From contig JBCCHT010000004.1 in assembly GCA_039028615.1 (NCBI GenBank), positions 256,001 to 320,000 of the forward strand: a stretch of 64,000 bases of DNA. The letters run 5' to 3'. Shown here one piece after another: positions 58,826 through 64,000 of this stretch; position 1 is the first letter of the stretch; every line of letters begins with the position of its first letter. This stretch comes from Myxococcota bacterium (GTDB lineage: Bacteria > Myxococcota_A > Polyangia > Nannocystales > Nannocystaceae). The notes beneath the pieces were generated by a model. It saw only the letters and a program-made list of their open reading frames with translations, did not search any database and was not told where the DNA came from. Both the position numbers and the translations under genes were made by a program.

Positions 58826-59371
58826 TCACTTGCCCGTCCAGTAAGCCTGCTGCGGGGGCCTGTCGTCCAGCCTCAACGCGACCAAGAGCCGATCGACGCC
58901 CGACCACAGCGGCGGCGCGACCAGCAGGGTGGCCAGCGCATGCCAGTGCAGCACCCGCGTAGCGTTGAGCAGCGCCTCGCGCGGCACCTCGAGCGGCTCG
59001 GCCAGCGCCAGCAAGATGGCCAAGGTCAGCGCATCGACGAGCAGCGCGGCCAGCAGCCCCGCCGCCGCCCGCGTGACCCACCCGGTGATGGCGAAGCGCC
59101 CCGAGACCCAGCGCAGCACGAGAAAGCCGAGCCCGTGCGCCAGCGACAGCACCCCGGTGGGCGCGCCCTGGTGGAGGTCTTCGAGGTAGCCGAGCGCGAT
59201 GGCCAGCGCCAGGCCGAAGTGAACGGAGGTCCCGGCGGAAAACGCCGCGTGCGTGATGATCACCGCCGAGGTGGCGGGGAGCATGATCGTCAGCGACAGG
59301 ACGTCGGCCAGCCCGCCCACCACCGCGATGAGCACCCAGCCGAGCATCAAGTAGACGAAGGTCCGCAGCAC
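58826..59371 (-). CDS. mreD: Rod shape-determining protein MreD
   Basis: Multi-TM protein with LGYLEDL motif between mreC and mrdA; GTG 59371 with upstream SD. Confidence 0.8.
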   Translation of the reverse strand: MLRTFVYLMLGWVLIAVVGGLADVLSLTIMLPATSAVIITHAAFSAGTSVHFGLALAIALGYLEDLHQGAPTGVLSLAHGLGFLVLRWVSGRFAITGWVTRAAAGLLAALLVDALTLAILLALAEPLEVPREALLNATRVLHWHALATLLVAPPLWSGVDRLLVALRLDDRPPQQAYWTGK

Positions 59372-59385
59372 GGTCGGTTCCTTCC

Positions 59386-60270
59386 CTACTGTACGGGCTG
59401 AACCCCGCGGGCCTGGACGATGGGTCCGGTTCGCTCGCCGCGGGGATCGGGCCGCGGCGCATTGGCCAGCACCACCCACACCACGTCGATGCGGTCGAAG
59501 CGGACGGAGGGCACCACGTGCAGGCGCTGCTGATCGCCGACCAGCGGCTCGATCTCCACGACCTGCCCCACCGGGTGACCCTTGGGAAACAGCTCGTCCA
59601 CGCCGCTGGTCTGCACGAGCTCGCCGACCTCGACGTCGTAGTCCTTGGAGACCTCGAGCGAGCAGCTGTCCTCGGTGCGCCCGACCAAGATGCCCTGGGC
59701 CTTGGTGCGCGCCAGCTCGACCGCGATCTTGGAACGCGGGTCGGTGATGAGCATGACGTCGCTGTAGTCGTCGAAGGACTTGTCGATGCGGCCGACCACG
59801 CCGTCGGGCGAGATCACGGCCATGCCGGGGCGCGCGTACTCGGAGCCGCGATCGACCCGGATGTTGACCACGCGGAAGAAGGGTGACTGGTCGACGCCCA
59901 CGCGCTCGGCGGGGATCATGTCCTCGGGCACCTTCTCCCGCATCTGCAGGGCGCGCCGCAGCTGCTGGTTCTCCTCTTGGAGATGGATCAGCTCCCGCAT
60001 GCGCTGGCGGAGCTCGCGGTTTTCTCCCGATAGTCGCTCGTTGGTGTCCTGCACCCGCGCTTGCAGCAGCCAGCGTTCGAAGAACGCCCCCAGCATGCCC
60101 GCGCTATAGGAGACGCCCGCCTCGAGCGGCGCACCGATCCGCCGCACCGCTCGATCGAAGCCGCTCATCTCGTGCGGGTCTTGAGCCGTGCTGCGCAGCA
60201 GCAGCACGGGGATCCCCAACAGCACCACGATGAGTGCGACGTTGCGGATGTTGCGGAGCGAAAGGTCCAT
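59386..60270 (-). CDS. mreC: Rod shape-determining protein MreC
   Basis: N-terminal TM, coiled coil ENRELR/EENQQLR, DRGS, GVVGR, LITD, TSG.D.LFPKG.PVG. Confidence 0.92.
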   Translation of the reverse strand: MDLSLRNIRNVALIVVLLGIPVLLLRSTAQDPHEMSGFDRAVRRIGAPLEAGVSYSAGMLGAFFERWLLQARVQDTNERLSGENRELRQRMRELIHLQEENQQLRRALQMREKVPEDMIPAERVGVDQSPFFRVVNIRVDRGSEYARPGMAVISPDGVVGRIDKSFDDYSDVMLITDPRSKIAVELARTKAQGILVGRTEDSCSLEVSKDYDVEVGELVQTSGVDELFPKGHPVGQVVEIEPLVGDQQRLHVVPSVRFDRIDVVWVVLANAPRPDPRGERTGPIVQARGVQPVQ

Positions 60271-60557
60271 GGCGGAGCGGCGAACAACGGCCCAGGCACT
60301 TCCCTTGTTCCAGGAGCCTGTGGGGGCCGCGTCGACCAACCGTGCCAGCTTTGGGCAATTTCGCAAACGGCGCGGCCCGCCGGGGTGCGTGAACCTCGCG
60401 ACCGCTGCGCGCCCGGTCCGGCCGGCCGCTCGGAACTCGCCAACCGCGCAGATCTGGGCGGACCTCGATCACGAAACGCGCGCCGCAGACCGCCGGGCAC
60501 CGCTCCGAACGGGCGCAGGGCGCCTCGACGCGGTTCGCGGCGTGCGTTTTGCGCGAC

Positions 60558-61589
60558 TCAGCTGAGCGCAACTTCGCGCAAAAGATCGAGTTCGTCGAGG
60601 GCGGCGCCGGACCCCAGCACCACCGCGAACTCCGGCTCGTCGGACAGGAACACGGGCAGCCCCGTCTCCTCGGACAGCAGCGTGTCGAGGTTGGCGAGCT
60701 GCGAGCCGCCGCCCGTGAGCACGATGCCCTTGTCGACGATGTCGGCGCACAGCTCGGGGGGCGCTCGCTCGAGCACCTGCCGCACCGCGTCGACGATGGC
60801 GGAGACCGGCTCGGAGAGCGCCTCGCGAATCTCGTCGGAATCGATGGCCACCGTCTTGGGAATCCCGGCGACGAGGTCGCGGCCTTTGACCTCCATGGTC
60901 ATGACCACCTCGGTCGGGGCCGCGGTGCCGATCTCGATCTTCACCTTCTCGGCGGTGCGCTCACCGATGAGCAAGTTGTACTTGCGCTTGATGTGCTGGA
61001 TGATCGCTTCATCCATCTTGTCGCCGCCGACGCGGGCGCTCTTGCAGGCCACGATGCCGGCCAACGAGATGACCGCGACCTCGGCCGTGCCGCCACCGAT
61101 GTCGACGACCATATTGCCGCCGGGCTCCGTAATTGGCAGCCCAGCGCCGATCGCCGCCGCCATGGGCTCCTCGATGAGGAACACCTCGCGGGCCCCGGCC
61201 GCCAGCGCAGAGTCTCGAACCGCACGCTTTTCCACCTCGGTGATCCCCGAGGGCACGCAGATGATGATCCGCGGCTTCACCAGGGTCTGGCGGTTGTGCG
61301 CGCGGGTGATGAAGTAACGCATCATCGCCTCGGTCACCTCGAAGTCGGCGATGACGCCTTCCTTCATGGGACGAATGGCGCCGATGTTGCCGGGCGTTCG
61401 CCCGACCATTTCCTTGGCCTCTTTGCCGACCGCCAACACGCGCTTGGTGTTGGCGTGCTTCTGCACTGCAACCACGGAAGGCTCGTGCGCGACGATGCCC
61501 TTGCCCTTCACATAGGTGAGCGTCGTGGCGGTGCCGAGATCGATGGCCAGATCGTTGGAGAAGAGGCCGTATACCCAGTCGAAGAGCAT
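60558..61589 (-). CDS. mreB: Rod shape-determining protein MreB
   Basis: [47 protein letters not shown]. Confidence 0.98.
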   Translation of the reverse strand: MLFDWVYGLFSNDLAIDLGTATTLTYVKGKGIVAHEPSVVAVQKHANTKRVLAVGKEAKEMVGRTPGNIGAIRPMKEGVIADFEVTEAMMRYFITRAHNRQTLVKPRIIICVPSGITEVEKRAVRDSALAAGAREVFLIEEPMAAAIGAGLPITEPGGNMVVDIGGGTAEVAVISLAGIVACKSARVGGDKMDEAIIQHIKRKYNLLIGERTAEKVKIEIGTAAPTEVVMTMEVKGRDLVAGIPKTVAIDSDEIREALSEPVSAIVDAVRQVLERAPPELCADIVDKGIVLTGGGSQLANLDTLLSEETGLPVFLSDEPEFAVVLGSGAALDELDLLREVALS

Positions 61590-61902
61590 GAAAGGCCCGC
61601 TGCGGCGGGAGTCGGCGGAAGCCGGCGGGTGGGCCAGCCTCGCCCCGTTCCGGGCTTGGCAGCCGTTGTCATTTACACGGCGGTCGTGCGGCGGGCAAGC
61701 ACCGTGGCCGAGCCCAACGCGGGAGGCCGGCCGGGCATTCCGTGATCGGCCAGAAGAATGGACCCAGATCGTGCATCTTGCGCAACCCCACGCGAGGCCC
61801 CGACCGGCTCATTTCGCGCCTGCCCCGCACCCTCGTTCCCCGGCCGCGAAGTGGTCCGCGCGAGATTGATGTCGGGCAGACCGAGGGCTAAGGTCCCGCC
61901 CC

Positions 61903-63711
61903 ATGCTCGAGTTCATCCGGCGCCAGTCCAGGAGCTTCATGTCCTGGCTCATCCTGGGCGCCATCGCAGTCGCCATGGGCATCACGTTCGGCGGACCGAG
62001 CGACATGCTCTCCGGCAGCGGAGTGTCCGGCGTCGCCGAGGTTTACGGCGAGGACGTCCGCCAAGAGGATTATCGCCTCCAGTTGGCCATGGCGACGCGT
62101 TTCGGCCTGATGCCCAAGGGTAGTGCAGGACGCAAAGCCCTCGGCGCGAACGAGGAGCTCATCGACGGCGCCATCGAGCGGCTATTGCTCGTGCACGAGG
62201 CGGAAAAGATGGGCCTGGCCTCCACCTCCACGCAGGCGGAAGACATCGTCATCGATGGCCACGTGATGCTCTTCGGGTTCCGCCTCGACCGGCTCGCGCC
62301 CGAGGACGCGTTCAGCAACGACCTGTTCCAAAACAGCTGGCTCAAGTCGCTCGGCGTCGTCGAGAAGAATTACCTCGAGCACCAGAGTGATGAATTCTTG
62401 GCGCAGACCGTGCGGGACCTCGTCTCGGCCAGCGTGGTCGTGCCCGAGTCCGCGTTGTGGAAGCAGTACGAGAAGACGGCGAACACCATCTCGCTGCGCT
62501 ATGCCCGCTACGAGATCGCGGCATTCGCGGATCTCGCCGAGCCCAGCACCGAGCGCATCGACGCGTATGTGGCCGACAACGGCGACAAGCTCGACAAGCG
62601 CTACGAGTCGCAGAAGAGCCGCTTTACCGGGCTGCCCCGCCAAGTGCGGCTTTCGCTCATTCAGGTCGAGGGCGGCGAGGAAGCCAAGACCGCCCTGCAA
62701 GCCACCCGCGCCACGCTCACCGACGCGGACACCTTTGCCGCCGCCGCCCGGGCCCAGTCCACGCACGAGACCTCCGGCCGCGGGGGTGACTACGGCTGGA
62801 TCGACGAGAAGAGCGACACCCCCTCCGACCTGCCCGAGGCCGTGACCGCGGCGCTGCCCGGCCTCGCCGACGGAGCCGTCTCCGAGATCGTCGAGGCCGA
62901 CGGCTCGCTGTGGCTGCTCCGCGCCGAGGCCCACCGCGAGGGCGACGTGCCCAAAGAGGATGCGCTGCGCGAGCTCGCCTCCGAGGATCTGCGCGACGAG
63001 ATCGCCAAGGAGCTCGCGATGCGAGCCGCGGCCGAGGACCAAAACGCGGTGACGGCCGGCAACGCGATCACCGACGTGTTCTCGCAGCCCGGAGCGCTGG
63101 GCGAGACCACGCTGTTCGGCGGCGCGCCGATCGAGAACCTCCCCGTCGAGGGCGAGGAAGAGAAGAAAGACGGACCCGCGAAGGAAGGCGACGAGGCCAC
63201 CCCCGAGGCGCCAGCCGATCCGATGGCTGGCCGTGCTCGCCCCAAGGCCGAGATGCAGAGCACGGGACCGGTCCCCAAGGGTCAGCAGATCCGCGGGCTC
63301 GGCCTCGTGCCCGACCTCATGGACGACGCCTGGGCCTACGAAGGTGAAGACGAGCTGCTCGGCAACATCTACGAGGTCCCCGGCGCCGTCGTGCTGGCCG
63401 GCGTCGAGAGCAAGAAGAAGGCGAGCAAGGAAGACTTCGCCGAGCAACGCGAGCTGCTCGAGTCCAACATGCGCCGCCTCAAGTCCCGCGACGTCGTCCA
63501 GGCCTGGATCAAGCGCCGCTGCACCGAGGCCGTCGCCCGCAAGGACATCAAGGTCTCCGACGAGACGGTCACGCGGCTGACCACCTACGACGTGTCCGAC
63601 GAGACCAAAGAAGGTGAAGAGGCGCCGAAGCCCGAGTCGACCTACACGGTCTGCAGCCGGGTCGGCACGCGCGGGGGTCTGCTGACCCGCCGCCTCGGCC
63701 TGCCCTTCTGA
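61903..63711 (+). CDS. PpiD-like periplasmic chaperone (SurA N-terminal + parvulin domain)
   Basis: MLEFIRRQS + TM, VAEVYGE, SGRGGDYGW, GAVSEIV; divergent from mreB. Confidence 0.8.
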   Translation: MLEFIRRQSRSFMSWLILGAIAVAMGITFGGPSDMLSGSGVSGVAEVYGEDVRQEDYRLQLAMATRFGLMPKGSAGRKALGANEELIDGAIERLLLVHEAEKMGLASTSTQAEDIVIDGHVMLFGFRLDRLAPEDAFSNDLFQNSWLKSLGVVEKNYLEHQSDEFLAQTVRDLVSASVVVPESALWKQYEKTANTISLRYARYEIAAFADLAEPSTERIDAYVADNGDKLDKRYESQKSRFTGLPRQVRLSLIQVEGGEEAKTALQATRATLTDADTFAAAARAQSTHETSGRGGDYGWIDEKSDTPSDLPEAVTAALPGLADGAVSEIVEADGSLWLLRAEAHREGDVPKEDALRELASEDLRDEIAKELAMRAAAEDQNAVTAGNAITDVFSQPGALGETTLFGGAPIENLPVEGEEEKKDGPAKEGDEATPEAPADPMAGRARPKAEMQSTGPVPKGQQIRGLGLVPDLMDDAWAYEGEDELLGNIYEVPGAVVLAGVESKKKASKEDFAEQRELLESNMRRLKSRDVVQAWIKRRCTEAVARKDIKVSDETVTRLTTYDVSDETKEGEEAPKPESTYTVCSRVGTRGGLLTRRLGLPF

Positions 63712-63738
63712 GCCCGAGCGCCAGCCCGGCGCCGAGCG

Positions 63739-63770
63739 ACGCCGCCCCGAGCAATCGCGGGCGGCGTTTT
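63739..63770 (+). terminator. Rho-independent terminator
   Basis: acgccgccc...gggcggcgt followed by ttt. Confidence 0.7.
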
Positions 63771-63795
63771 CATATCCGTCGAGCGGGTGTCGGGT

Positions 63796-64000
63796 TCACT
63801 CGTCGTCCGGCATCCACCGCAGCGCGTAGATGGGCATCGTCTCGATCTTGGCCTTGCGAATGGTCTTGCCGGGATGGATGCCCTTCATCTTCGTGGCGTC
63901 GTAGATCACCTGCACGTAGTACACGTCCTTGATCCCACACAGGACATGGGCCTCTCCCTCCACCTCGACGTCACAACCGCTGACGACATCGGCCTTGCCC
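63796..64000 (-). CDS. Partial hypothetical protein (C-terminus only)
   Basis: Open frame ...HVLCGIKDVYYVQVIYDATKMKGIHPGKTIRKAKIETMPIYALRWMPDDE* with GC3 bias. Confidence 0.6.
   Translation of the reverse strand, partial: GKADVVSGCDVEVEGEAHVLCGIKDVYYVQVIYDATKMKGIHPGKTIRKAKIETMPIYALRWMPDDE

Overview
High-GC chromosomal window, most likely from a myxobacterium of the Nannocystaceae/Polyangia type. The inference rests on a MYXO-CTERM protein, Cys-rich repeat lipoproteins, an FG-GAP lipoprotein and an STK-WD40 kinase. Housekeeping genes are a stand-alone ftsZ (truncated by the window edge), aroE, xseA, aroC, proBA, an hpf/raiA-like gene, mreBCD-mrdA-rodA and a PpiD-like gene. Accessory content includes: a complete oleABCD olefin/beta-lactone operon with an attached fatty-acid desaturase; a bacterial (6-4) photolyase that apparently lacks the Fe-S cysteines, coupled to a renalase-like gene; a TetR/ferritin-like diiron enzyme pair with clear twin operators; and an ECF sigma/Cys-rich anti-sigma pair preceded by an unannotated 36-aa secreted Cys peptide. 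The best candidates for undescribed systems are: (i) two large tandem paralogous proteins of unknown function with no signal peptide (16884-21533); (ii) a tandemly duplicated head-to-head module of an ankyrin-repeat protein plus a small conserved protein, sharing overlapping bidirectional -10 boxes (47814-50981); (iii) the Cys peptide-ECF locus; (iv) a structured ~330-nt leader upstream of the hpf-like gene. No rRNA, tRNA, CRISPR array or transposase was recognised. Family assignments come from motif recognition by eye, not from database searches.
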